A stretch of 64,000 bases of DNA, from positions 64,001 to 128,000 of the forward strand of contig CAWCKJ010000004.1 in NCBI GenBank assembly GCA_963796105.1. Direction: 5' to 3'. The stretch's first letter is position 1. Each line of letters begins with the position of its first letter. Of the stretch, positions 9,604 to 19,761 are shown in pieces. The notes under the pieces are model-generated. The model had not been told where the DNA came from. It did no database searches and saw nothing but the letters and a program-made list of their open reading frames with translations. The DNA is from a candidate division FCPU426 bacterium (GTDB lineage: Bacteria > Oederibacteriota > Muellerivitia > Muellerivitales > Muellerivitaceae). The position numbers were made by a program, and so were the translations under genes.

Positions 9604-11634
9604 TCACTTGGCTACCACCGGGACTGAGGACTGAGCCCGGGCAATGCATTGTTGGGCCAGGTCCTTTTCCCCCGCTTTGTCATAAACAGTTCCCATCAAC
9701 TGGAGCACCTGGGGATTCGAGGGATTCAGGTCCGAAGCAGATTTCAGCATCTCTAGCGCTTCCGGCTTTTCCTTGAGGTCCAAATATAGATCCGCGAGTT
9801 TCAGGAAGAAAACGGGTTCCTTGGGATTGACCATGATTCCTTTCTTGTAAGCCGCGACCGCCTCCTGCGTTCTTCCCAGCTTTTGGTACATGGAAGCCAG
9901 CGTGTCCAGGTAATCGGGCTTGAAGGGATCCAGCCGGCAGGCGGTTTGAAAAGCCGCCTCCGCGTCCTTGACGGAACCCATGTCGAAATAGCTCACGCCC
10001 ATGTCGAAATAGGCCAGGGCGTTGTCCGGTTCCTCTTTCACATCCTCCCGGGTCTCTTCCAGGGCCTCTTTCGTCGAACCTTGGCGCTTGTAGCAATACC
10101 AGAGATCATGGCGTAACTGCACCTGGGACAACTCCTTGGTCGCGGTGTTGATTTTGATGGCTTCCTTCAGCTCCATAATCGCCTCGTCAATTCTTCCCTC
10201 GATCATATAGGCGTAGGCAATCCGCTCATGGACCGCGGCCTGGGCCGGGAGAATGCCAGCAGCGCGTTTGTATTGATTCAAGGCCTCATCCGTTTTTCCA
10301 GCGTTCAAGAGGAGATTACCGTTATTAAGAAGGACGTCCCGGGTCTCCGCCGGATAAACCCTCGTGAGACTGTCCCATAAGGTTTGCGCGCTTTTCCAAA
10401 TCCCGATCTGCCCCAATGTCCCAAAACCCAGAAGCAAGGCCATGAGGGTGATCAGGACCCCGAAATTCTTCTTGTTCCCGGAAAACAAAAACGCCGCTCC
10501 AGCCGAAAAAGGCAGGAACAAACCCAGGCTGGGAAGGTAGGTGTAGCGGTCCCCCGCCGCGAAGCTTCCGATTTGGACAAACCCGATGACCGGCGCGAGG
10601 GTGATCAGGAAATAAATCCATGCCGCTGGCAGGAAAGGAAATTTTTGCTTGTAATAATAACAAGCGAGCGAGATCAAGATGACCACCAGGCCCCCCAGGG
10701 CCGATTCCAGGTAATAAGCCGCGCCCATTAAGTGGGGGAATGGGTAAACCGGCACCAATTCCATCGGCACGGCCATTTTATAAATATAAAAACCCAAGGA
10801 ATGGCAGACGTGGACCATCCGGAGCCAGGGGGAAAAATTCGGGTTTATCATTTTGATTTGGCCCATTTCCAACCGGGTCACTAGGCTGAACGAGAGGGCC
10901 AAGACAAAGAAGGGTATTTTTTCCACGAGCACCTTCCGGGGATCGGGCTGGAAGCGCCGAAGGGGCCAAAAATCCAGGATCAGCAAAACCAAAGGCAAGG
11001 TGATGGCCATGGGTTTGGACATTAAAGATAGGAGGTAAAAACCCAGACAGGCATAGAGTTTCCATTTCCGGTCCAAAGATTTCCCGTAATCCAAATAGGA
11101 AAGGAGGGCCAGGAGGAAAAAGAAGGCGTAAAGAACGTCTTTTCTTTCGGTTGCCCACGCCACGGATTCCACATGGATGGGATGAAGGCCGAATAGAAGG
11201 GCCGTCAATATTGCCGCAGGAATTTCCAATCCCCTTAGGCCTTCCAATCCGCCTGAATCCAAGACCGCAGGCGCCGACCCCAAAAGCCTCCGGCTGATGA
11301 GGAAAACCAGGAAAGTGTTCAGGACGTGGATCAAGGCATTGGTGAAGTGGTATATCCAGGGGTTCAAACCGGCTATCGAATAGTTCACGGCGTCGGAAAG
11401 CCAGGTCAGGGGCATCCAATAGCCGGCGAGATTCGTCGTGAACATCCAGCGCAGTGAAGAGAACCCCAAGGATCGGATACCAGGGTTGTTAGTGATATTC
11501 TCGGGATCATCCAGGTCGATGAAACCGTTGTCCAGGACGGGAAGGTAAAATAGCACCACCGCCAGAACCGGGATAAGGCCGTAAACCCAGTCCGGAAATT
11601 TAGCGTTGGATGCTGGTTTTATTTTCGACTCCAA
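9604..11634 (-). CDS. TMTC-like membrane glycosyltransferase (putative protein O-mannosyltransferase) with multiple TPRs
   Basis: 'FIDLDD' loop, 'YWMPLTWLS', 'HPIHVESVAWATERKD', 'DRYTYLP', long TPR array. Start reassigned to TTG 11634 (GGAGGGG RBS) to remove overlap with the divergent gene. Confidence 0.85.
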   Translation of the reverse strand: MESKIKPASNAKFPDWVYGLIPVLAVVLFYLPVLDNGFIDLDDPENITNNPGIRSLGFSSLRWMFTTNLAGYWMPLTWLSDAVNYSIAGLNPWIYHFTNALIHVLNTFLVFLISRRLLGSAPAVLDSGGLEGLRGLEIPAAILTALLFGLHPIHVESVAWATERKDVLYAFFFLLALLSYLDYGKSLDRKWKLYACLGFYLLSLMSKPMAITLPLVLLILDFWPLRRFQPDPRKVLVEKIPFFVLALSFSLVTRLEMGQIKMINPNFSPWLRMVHVCHSLGFYIYKMAVPMELVPVYPFPHLMGAAYYLESALGGLVVILISLACYYYKQKFPFLPAAWIYFLITLAPVIGFVQIGSFAAGDRYTYLPSLGLFLPFSAGAAFLFSGNKKNFGVLITLMALLLGFGTLGQIGIWKSAQTLWDSLTRVYPAETRDVLLNNGNLLLNAGKTDEALNQYKRAAGILPAQAAVHERIAYAYMIEGRIDEAIMELKEAIKINTATKELSQVQLRHDLWYCYKRQGSTKEALEETREDVKEEPDNALAYFDMGVSYFDMGSVKDAEAAFQTACRLDPFKPDYLDTLASMYQKLGRTQEAVAAYKKGIMVNPKEPVFFLKLADLYLDLKEKPEALEMLKSASDLNPSNPQVLQLMGTVYDKAGEKDLAQQCIARAQSSVPVVAK

Positions 11635-11721
11635 ATTCCCCTCCGATCTTTGCCCTGATACCCCGAATAAAACTTCGTTTGAGTATAATAAAGTATCGTC
11701 TGACCCAAGAAAAAGGAATTC

Positions 11722-13914
11722 ATGACCAACCCTACGATCCGCCGAACCGCCTCCCTCTTCTTTTTTATATCCGGATTTTGCGGTCTTCTCTACCAGGTCG
11801 TCTGGGTGCGCCTTGCCTTCGCCCATTTCGGGATCACCACCCACGTTCTCTCGGTGGTTCTCTCGATTTTCATGGTGGGACTGGCTCTGGGTTCCTGGGC
11901 CGGGGGCCTTCTTGCCGGCGATTGGCCCAAAAAGGACCGCTCGATCGCCCTATATTATTACGGCACGGCCGAACTGTTGACGGGTCTCGGCGCCTTCTTG
12001 GTCCCCCTCCTTTACGAGTGGGGAAGCTCTTCCTTGCTCCCGATGGACAACATGGAGGCCGGTTCCTATCTATCCTCTTCCGCCGCCGTCATTTTGATTT
12101 CCCTTTTTCCATGGTGCTTCCTCATGGGCACCACCTTCCCCTTCATGACCGCTTTTCTCAAGACCGCCTTTTCCGCGGAAGAAGGATTTAGTTTTCTTTA
12201 TACCGCAAATGTCTTAGGCGCCATGACAGGAGTCCTGCTCACGGCGGTCGTCCTGATTGAATGCCTGGGATTCCATGGAACATTGTTGGTGGGGGCGTCT
12301 TTGAACGCCCTGGTCGGCCTGGCGTCCCTCTGGTTGGGCCGCAACCTTCCTGGAAATTCACGATCTCCTAAAACCAAAATCCCCCGCCTTATCCCCAAGA
12401 CCGGGACGGCTCAGCCCTCCCTTTCTATTTTAATTCTTTTCACTGCCGGTTTTGTCACCATGGCCCTGGAGGTCGTTTGGACCAGGGCCTTTACCGGAGT
12501 CTTAGGCACCTTTGTTTATTCCTTCGCCGGGCTTTTGTTTTCCTATCTGCTCGCCACTTTTACAGGCTCCCGCCTTTACCGAAAGCATTTGACGCAGGGA
12601 AAATCTTTTTCCACTCCCTCGATCCTTGGAGCCGTCTTTGTTTTTTCCCTTTTGCCTGCCCTTCTCAATGACGCGCGCCTTCCCCAGCATTTCCTGGTTC
12701 CCCTGGCCAGCCTGATGCCCCTCTGCGCGGCATTGGGATACCTCACCCCAAAACTCATCGATGAATTGTCCAAGGGCAATCCTCGCCTGGTTGGAACAGC
12801 CTACGCCTGGAACACCATCGGGTGTGTCCTGGGTCCCCTGGCCTCTTCTTACCTGCTTCTCCCCAAATTTTCCTGTAGGGAGGCCATGATCCTCCTTTCC
12901 CTCCCCCTGGCTTTATTCTTCGCCTACTCCCTCCTGAAAAAATCGAACCGGAAAGCCTGGACCACCGCTCGGGCCATGGTTTCCTCGGTTCTTTTCATTT
13001 CGGTTCTTTTCGCGCGGGATAAGGAGGAGGGTTACCGCCATCTGGACCCCAAGGCCGTAGTTCACCGAGATTTCGCGGCTGACACCGTGGCTTCCGGCTC
13101 GGGGATGAACAAGGAACTACACGTGAACGGCGTCTCGGTCACGGGTCTTCTGATTCAAACCAAGATCATGGCCCACCTGCCCATGGCCCTGCTCGCCCAC
13201 CAGCCCCGGTCGGTTTTGGACATCTGCTTCGGGATGGGCACCACCTTCCGTTCCCTGATCAGCTGGGGTGTTCCCGTCACGGGGGTGGAGCTGGTCCCGG
13301 GGGTCCTTCGGTCCTTTCCCTTCTTCTATTCCGACGCCATATCCGTTGTTTCCCGTCCGGGCGTCCACGTAGCGGCGGATGACGGAAGGCGGTTCCTCCA
13401 AAGGACCCAAGATTCTTTCGACGTCATCACTATCGATCCCCCGCCGCCCGCGGAAGCGGCCGGGTCCAGCCTGCTATATTCCACCGGTTTTTACGAGCTG
13501 GCTAAAAGGCACCTGACCCAGGACGGGATTCTCCAGCAATGGATTCCCACGGCTGAATTCAAAATCACCCAGGCTGTGGCGCGGTCCCTCAGCCTTTCCT
13601 TCCCCTACGTCCGGGCTTTCGCTTATTCCCATAATGGCGGATGCCATTTCATCGCGTCCTTGTCCCCGATTCCCGTCATTTCCGCGGGGGAGATGGTCCA
13701 AAAAATGCCCCCCGAGGCCAAAAAAGACCTGGTTGAGTGGTCGCCAGGCCAGAAACCAGAAGATATTTTCAACTCCTACCTCTCCCAAGAGGTGGATCCC
13801 AAAAAAATGTTGAACAAGGATCCAGGCGTGGTGGTGACCGACGACCGGCCCTATAACGAGTATTTCCTGCTCAGGAGGCTCGCGACCGGTCTTGGCCTTT
13901 CTCCCCAACCTTAA
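11722..13914 (+). CDS. Fused MFS-like membrane domain / spermidine synthase-like (SAM-fold) protein
   Basis: 'FFISGFCGLLYQVVW', 'LYTANVLGA', duplicated TM block, SAM-fold 'VLDICFGMGTT', 'DDGRRFL', 'FDVITIDPPPP', 'TDDRPYNEY'. Confidence 0.85.
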   Translation: MTNPTIRRTASLFFFISGFCGLLYQVVWVRLAFAHFGITTHVLSVVLSIFMVGLALGSWAGGLLAGDWPKKDRSIALYYYGTAELLTGLGAFLVPLLYEWGSSSLLPMDNMEAGSYLSSSAAVILISLFPWCFLMGTTFPFMTAFLKTAFSAEEGFSFLYTANVLGAMTGVLLTAVVLIECLGFHGTLLVGASLNALVGLASLWLGRNLPGNSRSPKTKIPRLIPKTGTAQPSLSILILFTAGFVTMALEVVWTRAFTGVLGTFVYSFAGLLFSYLLATFTGSRLYRKHLTQGKSFSTPSILGAVFVFSLLPALLNDARLPQHFLVPLASLMPLCAALGYLTPKLIDELSKGNPRLVGTAYAWNTIGCVLGPLASSYLLLPKFSCREAMILLSLPLALFFAYSLLKKSNRKAWTTARAMVSSVLFISVLFARDKEEGYRHLDPKAVVHRDFAADTVASGSGMNKELHVNGVSVTGLLIQTKIMAHLPMALLAHQPRSVLDICFGMGTTFRSLISWGVPVTGVELVPGVLRSFPFFYSDAISVVSRPGVHVAADDGRRFLQRTQDSFDVITIDPPPPAEAAGSSLLYSTGFYELAKRHLTQDGILQQWIPTAEFKITQAVARSLSLSFPYVRAFAYSHNGGCHFIASLSPIPVISAGEMVQKMPPEAKKDLVEWSPGQKPEDIFNSYLSQEVDPKKMLNKDPGVVVTDDRPYNEYFLLRRLATGLGLSPQP

Positions 13915-13941
13915 AGCTTCGCCATCCTTTATAATTCTCCA

Positions 13942-15870
13942 ATGGTTTCTAATCCTATGTCTGACGGCACTCCGAGCAAGGCAAACCCAAGCCTTCCCGT
14001 AAAAACAAACCCTTGGGTTTACGCTCTTTTATCCTGCTTCCTTCTGATTGTGGTTTTCAGCGCCAGGCTCATCAACGATTATGACCTGGGCTACCACCTC
14101 AAGGGGGGCCAATGGATCCTGGAAAACCACGCCTTTCCCGCCAAAGACACCTACACCTATAGCGTCCCGGACCATGACTACGTGGACCTCCATTGGCTTT
14201 ACCAAGTTCCTCTCTATCTGCTCTACAAGCTCGGCGGTTATTCCCTACTCTCCCTGGCCAACATCGCCGTCATCCTCCTGGTCTTTTTCATCACCTGCAA
14301 ACGCCTGGCCCTGACGGGGGCCCCCTTGTGGATGCGCGTTTTATTGCTGGGGGTTGTCCTCATCGGCTCTGAAATCCGTTTCCAGGTCAGGCCCGAAATC
14401 CTCAGCTGGCTATTGATGGCCTTGACCCTCTGGATCCTGGAACTGCGGGAAGCCGGCGCAAAGAGCCCGCTCTACCTTCTCATCCCGATCCAGGTAGCCT
14501 GGGCTAATGTAGAAGGCCTCTTTCTCATCGGCTGGGGGTTGATGTTTTTTTTCCTGGTCTCGAGCTTTTTCCATACCCGAAAAACCGATCCGAAACTCAT
14601 GAACGCCTCCGGTCTGGCCGCGGCCTCCTGCTTGTTGAACCCCTATTTCATCAAGGGAGTGGTCTTCCCCTTCACGCTCCTGGCCACGCTCGCCACCTCC
14701 AACCTCTTCAAGTCCACCATCAATGAGTTCCAGTCTCCCTGGACCCTGGCCCGGCAATATCCTTTCCCCCCGGACTGGACCCTCTGGGCTTACGAGGGTT
14801 TTAGTGCTCTCCTTTTAGCTCTCCTCTTGACCAGCCTCAAAAAACGGAAACTTCACGAATGGCTTCTAGTGGTTTCTTTTTTCTACCTTTCCACTACCAG
14901 CCTCCGCAACATCCCGCTTTTCATGCTTTCTTGCGCGCCGATCGCGGCCTCCTGCTGGAAGGACTTGAAGTGGGACCGGCTCCAACGATTCCAGGAGACC
15001 TTGTTTTCCAGGCCCGTCACAGCCTGGGTATTCTCACTTTTCATGCTTGGGCTCTGCCTGAGGGTCGCCTCCAATTCCTATTACATTTCCGAGAGAAGGG
15101 AAGAAAAATCCGGACTGGGGCTGGACCAGGAGGAACAGCCGGTCCAAGCCGCCCAATTCCTGGTCCAGAACCATTTGGACGGGAAAATCCTGAACCACAT
15201 GAACCTCGGGGGTTGGCTGGACTGGACCCTTCCCCAGAAAACCTATATCGACGGCCGGCTGGAGGTGATGGGGGAGAATTTATTCACCGAATATATCGCT
15301 TCCATGAAGCCCGGCGCCCTCGCCCCTCTCCTGTCGAAGTATGGGGCAGAGATCGTTATTTGCAATCCCGAGACCGCTCCCTCCTGGGTGATGGAACAAG
15401 GAAAATCCCCCGATTGGCGGCCCGTTTATTTGGACGAATCGGCGGTGATTTACCTGAAGAAAGGCTACGCCCCGCAAATACCTGAAATGGATGACACGGC
15501 GGTATTGGCGCAAAGAGGTATTTCACCCGTCATCTTGACGGAAACCCAGAGCATTCTGCAAATCCCGAAGCCCTCCTCCTGGACTTGCTTTTGGGAGGAT
15601 TTCTACCATCCCGCCCCTTATCCCACCGGCTTGAACGTTCTCGGGGCCTATTACAACTATTCCAGCCGGTTCGGCCCGGCTGAGATGGTCCAGCTGGACG
15701 TCATCAAGCTGACGGGTGGGAGGTATTACGACTTGTTTTACAACCTTGGGTCCATGTATTACAACGCCAAGCGTCTCGACGAGTCCAAGATCTGCATCCA
15801 GCGGTTCCTGGAAGGCGCCTCCCGCGCCAAGATCGCCCGCCAAATCCGGGCCAACCTCCCACACCATTAA
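13942..15870 (+). CDS. Multi-pass membrane protein, putative GT-C glycosyltransferase with C-terminal TPR
   Basis: 642 aa. Colinear paralog of 2412..4334 (DLGYHLKGGQWILEN, RPEI, YIDGRLEVMGE). Confidence 0.7.
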   Translation: MVSNPMSDGTPSKANPSLPVKTNPWVYALLSCFLLIVVFSARLINDYDLGYHLKGGQWILENHAFPAKDTYTYSVPDHDYVDLHWLYQVPLYLLYKLGGYSLLSLANIAVILLVFFITCKRLALTGAPLWMRVLLLGVVLIGSEIRFQVRPEILSWLLMALTLWILELREAGAKSPLYLLIPIQVAWANVEGLFLIGWGLMFFFLVSSFFHTRKTDPKLMNASGLAAASCLLNPYFIKGVVFPFTLLATLATSNLFKSTINEFQSPWTLARQYPFPPDWTLWAYEGFSALLLALLLTSLKKRKLHEWLLVVSFFYLSTTSLRNIPLFMLSCAPIAASCWKDLKWDRLQRFQETLFSRPVTAWVFSLFMLGLCLRVASNSYYISERREEKSGLGLDQEEQPVQAAQFLVQNHLDGKILNHMNLGGWLDWTLPQKTYIDGRLEVMGENLFTEYIASMKPGALAPLLSKYGAEIVICNPETAPSWVMEQGKSPDWRPVYLDESAVIYLKKGYAPQIPEMDDTAVLAQRGISPVILTETQSILQIPKPSSWTCFWEDFYHPAPYPTGLNVLGAYYNYSSRFGPAEMVQLDVIKLTGGRYYDLFYNLGSMYYNAKRLDESKICIQRFLEGASRAKIARQIRANLPHH

Positions 15871-15886
15871 AACCAACAAACACCCG

Positions 15887-15918
15887 TTTCACCACAGGGA
15901 CCCAGAGACACAGCTAAA
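15887..15918 (+). repeat. Dispersed repeat arm TTTCACCACAGGGACCCAGAGACACAGCTAAA
   Basis: 28/32 identical to the reverse complement of 47158-47189. Related arms at 9574-9584, 47019-47038 and 55144-55150. Confidence 0.8.
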
Positions 15919-15964
15919 TATAATTAGAACCTATCTCAAAATACCTACTTAGCGGACGATAGAA

Positions 15965-16072
15965 GATACCCACCTTTGAAAAAGGGGGGGAGGGGGGTAT
16001 TAGTTTTTGCTAAACCCAGAAACAAGACTAACTTCCCCTTAATTCCCCTCTTTCAGAGGGGGGGGAAGTACC
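15965..16072. repeat. Paired C/G-tract palindromes (CCC..TTT..AAAGGGGGG type REP-like doublet) between convergent genes
   Basis: CCCACCTTTGAAAAAGGGGGGGAGGGGGG ... CCCCTTAATTCCCCTCTTTCAGAGGGGGGGAA in inverted arrangement. Confidence 0.65.
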
Positions 16073-16107
16073 AACGTCCTAAAAATTCGCTAGTGTTGAG
16101 CAGTAAT

Positions 16108-17502
16108 TTATTTCAGTAATTGGATGTCATCCAGATAGAATTCCGATACACCCTTAAAGCTGTTGGAGTTGAAGACGATCCTGTTGAAGCCGTCCATTTT
16201 CCCAAAAGAGGAAAGGGGTATCATCACCCTGCACCATTGTTTTTCCCTTAAGACATCGGAGGGCGCGCTAGTCACGGGCCTCTCCTCTCCCACTTGCTTG
16301 CCTTTCTCCTCCAGCCTCACTCGGAACTCCACGTCGCAGCTGGTCGGATAAACCCAGAAGGAAAGGCTCTTATAATCCCCAACTTGGATTTCAGGCCCCT
16401 CCAACTGGGCGCCTCCCCATGCACCGTCGGGCAACCGCACCAGCAGGCTTTTCGAACCAGCCGGAGAATGGTTAATCCCGTTATAAGCGAAATCATAATG
16501 CCCCTGGTCCCAATGGCTCTCGGTCCATCTCGGCTGTTCACCGTCGTAAACCATGAGCGAGCCGGGGGAAGGCGTTTCCACCGCGAGCGAAACGGGAAAC
16601 GCACTCGGGGTGGGTACCTGGGTGAACTTGGGGCCGATATATTCTTTCGCCGCCACGAACTCGTCAAAACGGGCGTATTCATTCTTGGGCGGGGCCCAGC
16701 TATCGTCATTGCCCCCGAAGAAGGTGGAGAAATAGATCTTGTCGATTTTGAGGTTCGGGGTATCCCTGAACCGCAAATCCTTCGCTTCCAGGGCCAGGTC
16801 CCCGTCCAGCCAACTGGCAACGAGCCCGTCTTTCTTTCCTGGGGTGTTCAACCGAACGTAGGTTTCCACGCAATACCACTGGCCCGGGATAAAATATCGC
16901 GGACAGCCCCCGTAATCCCAGGGAAAATCGTCCCCGTATTCGGTGGCCTGGTCCGGGTAATAAACGTACTGGACGATCTTCCCGCCCGGGCGCCACATGA
17001 TCCTGGCGCTCCATCCGTCGGTTCCGTTGGGTTTGTGCCCTCCCGTGTTGGCGGCCCCTCCCGCCAAGCCCGGGAGCTTGCCCCCCTTCACGAAATCGAA
17101 ACCTGGGTCGAAACGCACGTAATAACGGAGGTGAAACTCCTCCTGGGGCTCGATGGGAAAGCGGGAAAAATCCACGAGGTATTGAAGGCCTCCCTTGGGC
17201 CCCACCATGTTTTTCAAGTAATGCACCTGGAGGCACCGTCCGGCCAGGCAGTCCGCGTCGAAAACCAGTTTCCCATTCTCACCTGGTTCCGGCCCCCAGG
17301 CGATCCCCCAAACCGAGGTCCAGGGGTCCGTCTCGAACCCGCTGTAAAATAGGATGTCTCCCCGGCTTTTCAGCTTTGGGTCCAGGTTGTAAATATCCCC
17401 GAAGAAGCCCGACGCGAAGACGGGACAGACAAGGAAAATAAAAAAAGAAAGGAGAAGAAAGGCCAAATCTTTTTGGGGAGTAACCAACTGGTTTGTTTTC
17501 AC
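16108..17502 (-). CDS. Polysaccharide lyase (PL14-like) with C-terminal carbohydrate-binding-module-like domain
   Basis: 'FDFVKGGKLPGLAGG', 'GWSARIMWR', 'YVYYP', 'FSTFFGG' PL14 motifs. Signal peptide. C-terminal 'SLSFWV...FYLDDIQL' CBM-like domain. Confidence 0.85.
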   Translation of the reverse strand: MKTNQLVTPQKDLAFLLLSFFIFLVCPVFASGFFGDIYNLDPKLKSRGDILFYSGFETDPWTSVWGIAWGPEPGENGKLVFDADCLAGRCLQVHYLKNMVGPKGGLQYLVDFSRFPIEPQEEFHLRYYVRFDPGFDFVKGGKLPGLAGGAANTGGHKPNGTDGWSARIMWRPGGKIVQYVYYPDQATEYGDDFPWDYGGCPRYFIPGQWYCVETYVRLNTPGKKDGLVASWLDGDLALEAKDLRFRDTPNLKIDKIYFSTFFGGNDDSWAPPKNEYARFDEFVAAKEYIGPKFTQVPTPSAFPVSLAVETPSPGSLMVYDGEQPRWTESHWDQGHYDFAYNGINHSPAGSKSLLVRLPDGAWGGAQLEGPEIQVGDYKSLSFWVYPTSCDVEFRVRLEEKGKQVGEERPVTSAPSDVLREKQWCRVMIPLSSFGKMDGFNRIVFNSNSFKGVSEFYLDDIQLLK

Positions 17503-17580
17503 CGGCCAATTATAGTCCTTGGGGTTTCCAAACGCCTTTGAAAAGGCCCACGGGATGAATTTAGGTTAGGAAGAAAAACA

Positions 17581-19761
17581 TTACTTTCGGCCCGTCGTCC
17601 GTCTTTTTCCCGGGGACTTCACGGGAAGGATGCGAATGCCGAATTTGAAAACAAAAATTCCCGTAGCCAAGGCGATGAGGGTCACCAGGCTCAGGAACAA
17701 GCTAAACCGGAAAGAGGTTGGTTCGTACTTGAAAACCACCCGGTGGTCCCCGCTATTGACCAGCTCCGCGGCCATAAAAAAACCATAAACCCGGAAGATG
17801 GTTTCCGGTTTTCCGTTCACCCAGGCCCGCCAGCCGGGCGCGAAGGCCTCATCAAAAACCAGGAAGCCCTTTTGGGGCGTGGCGACGGTATAGGCCGCCT
17901 CGCAGGGAGAGGACCTTGCCCCCTGGAGAATCACCCTGGGTTCCCAAAAGCTCCTCCAGAATCCCTTGATCTGGTCCCAGAGGGAGACCGTCATGTCCTC
18001 GTCGAGGGTCCGGTTCGCGGTTGCGAGCCTGACAGCCCCTCCTTCCGGGGCCTTCTGGGTGTAAATCTCGTTTTCCAGGAAAGCGCTGGGGTTCAAGAGT
18101 CCATTGAACACCTCCGGCCTGTTTTCGAACTCATGGACCAACCCCGCAGTCCAAGCATTTCCCATGGCTCCCGCGTTGCGGGTGTAGATCGACTGCCCCA
18201 ACCTCGCGGAGACGCTGTATTTAAACGCGCTCAGGGGTTTTGGTGTCATGAGAAGCCTCACCCCGGCCGCGTCCAAAATCCTTCCATCGTAGGGAAAACC
18301 CTTTTGGAAATAGCTCTGGAGGTCCTGGTAGCCGTCCAGGTAAAGGGAAAGGTAACCCCTGGCGGATCGAATCCCCCAAACCGTGTTGGTATTGGCGGTC
18401 AGCCTGGAGGCGGAATCCACCAGGGCGTCCGTAAAGTCGACCGCGTCCGCGGGAATGGGTTGGTTGACGCTTTTTAAACTCAATATCCTTCCCTCACCCG
18501 CCTCGACCTTGGCGGTTGCGGCAGCCTGGATCACCCTGGGATCCCGGTAGGGGTCCCGGGCGAGGTGGATCAACCTCGCCGGAACAAAAAGAATGTCCAC
18601 CACCCAGAATGCCCCCAACACCCAGGCCCATTTGCGGATGGGATTCTTTTTCGAGGTGTTCTGGGCTTTTTCCGCGATTTGCAGGCCGATAGAGGTGCAA
18701 GCGCAAAAGAGAAAAAGGAAAACGGCTGTCGAGGGTTCCAGCTTCGCCAGCAGTTTCGAGGGGAACAGCCATTTCCAGGGGGGGAAATGGGGTCCCGCGA
18801 TCCAAAGGAGCACAAGGAGGGCCGAGGCTTTCCAGAATCCATTGCGGTAATTCCGGATGGACCATAAGCCCCAAAGGAATATTCCAAGGGGCACCAAACC
18901 CAAATAGAGGTTGTTAAAAATGTAATTGGGCTGGTCCCCCAAATAAGAGGGAGAACCGGGAATCCCGAGGATCTGGGGTTGAAGAAGGGTCAGGTCATTC
19001 ACCCATCGAAGACTGTAAACAGGGCCTCCTCCCCCTTCCCGGTAGGCTGCGCCCAGGTAGTCGAGGAAGGGAATCCATTGGCAGGAGGTCAAGGCCAGGA
19101 CCACGGCCAAAGCGGAACCTATGGTGACGCGGCTTGAAATTTCCGGCCGTTGGGTGAAGATGATCCAGGCCATGAGCATCAGCATGGTATAAAGAATGAA
19201 ATAGGGATAACCGGCCAGGATTTGGAACGATGTGAAAAGGATGAGGAATAGGGTCCAATTCCAAGAGGCCTTTTGCAGGATCTTGTACGCCGCCAGGAAA
19301 ATCCAGGGTGTCCAGGAAAGCGAAGCCAAATGGGTTGGATATCCCCAGTAAAATACCACCAGGGCCGATCCCCCGAAAGTCATGGCGCAAAGGGTCGATG
19401 TGATTTCCCCGGCCTTTTGCGCCCTCATCCAAAGGTAAAAACCCACGGCCGCCAGGGCCCCGTGCAGAATGGCCATCACGAAAATCCAATCGGTCAAGCC
19501 CGTCAGGTTCCAGAGCCAGAAGAAGGGATAGAAAACCGCCGATTGGAAATTCGCCTCATGGGGTGTCCCGCAGGCGATATAAGGATTCCATAAGGGGATC
19601 TGGCCCTTCCGGAAGGATTCCACGTTGAACCACTTCTCCGGGAACACGTACTCCAGGGTGTCCATGAAGGCCGGCATATGGCCCCAAAAGCGGAAAATCC
19701 AGTAAAGGATCAAAACTCCATAGAGACCCCATAATAATTTTGAAATATTTTTGATATTCAA
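17581..19761 (-). CDS. YfhO-family membrane glycosyltransferase (GT-C)
   Basis: 'GQIPLWNPYIACGTP', C-terminal 'PGWRAWVNG...GDHRVVFKYEP' plus terminal TM helix. Confidence 0.8.
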   Translation of the reverse strand: MNIKNISKLLWGLYGVLILYWIFRFWGHMPAFMDTLEYVFPEKWFNVESFRKGQIPLWNPYIACGTPHEANFQSAVFYPFFWLWNLTGLTDWIFVMAILHGALAAVGFYLWMRAQKAGEITSTLCAMTFGGSALVVFYWGYPTHLASLSWTPWIFLAAYKILQKASWNWTLFLILFTSFQILAGYPYFILYTMLMLMAWIIFTQRPEISSRVTIGSALAVVLALTSCQWIPFLDYLGAAYREGGGGPVYSLRWVNDLTLLQPQILGIPGSPSYLGDQPNYIFNNLYLGLVPLGIFLWGLWSIRNYRNGFWKASALLVLLWIAGPHFPPWKWLFPSKLLAKLEPSTAVFLFLFCACTSIGLQIAEKAQNTSKKNPIRKWAWVLGAFWVVDILFVPARLIHLARDPYRDPRVIQAAATAKVEAGEGRILSLKSVNQPIPADAVDFTDALVDSASRLTANTNTVWGIRSARGYLSLYLDGYQDLQSYFQKGFPYDGRILDAAGVRLLMTPKPLSAFKYSVSARLGQSIYTRNAGAMGNAWTAGLVHEFENRPEVFNGLLNPSAFLENEIYTQKAPEGGAVRLATANRTLDEDMTVSLWDQIKGFWRSFWEPRVILQGARSSPCEAAYTVATPQKGFLVFDEAFAPGWRAWVNGKPETIFRVYGFFMAAELVNSGDHRVVFKYEPTSFRFSLFLSLVTLIALATGIFVFKFGIRILPVKSPGKRRTTGRK

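Noticed and set aside
9135..9776. ORFs 9146..9526, 9135..9329 and 9528..9776
   Set aside because: They run across the hairpin-repeat region or overlap a real gene. No recognisable protein features.
11635..11844. N-terminal extension of the TMTC-like ORF (similarly 54607..54768 of umuC and 55065..55142 of umuD)
   Set aside because: The extensions overlap neighbouring genes or promoters. Better starts with RBS or stop-start coupling exist downstream.
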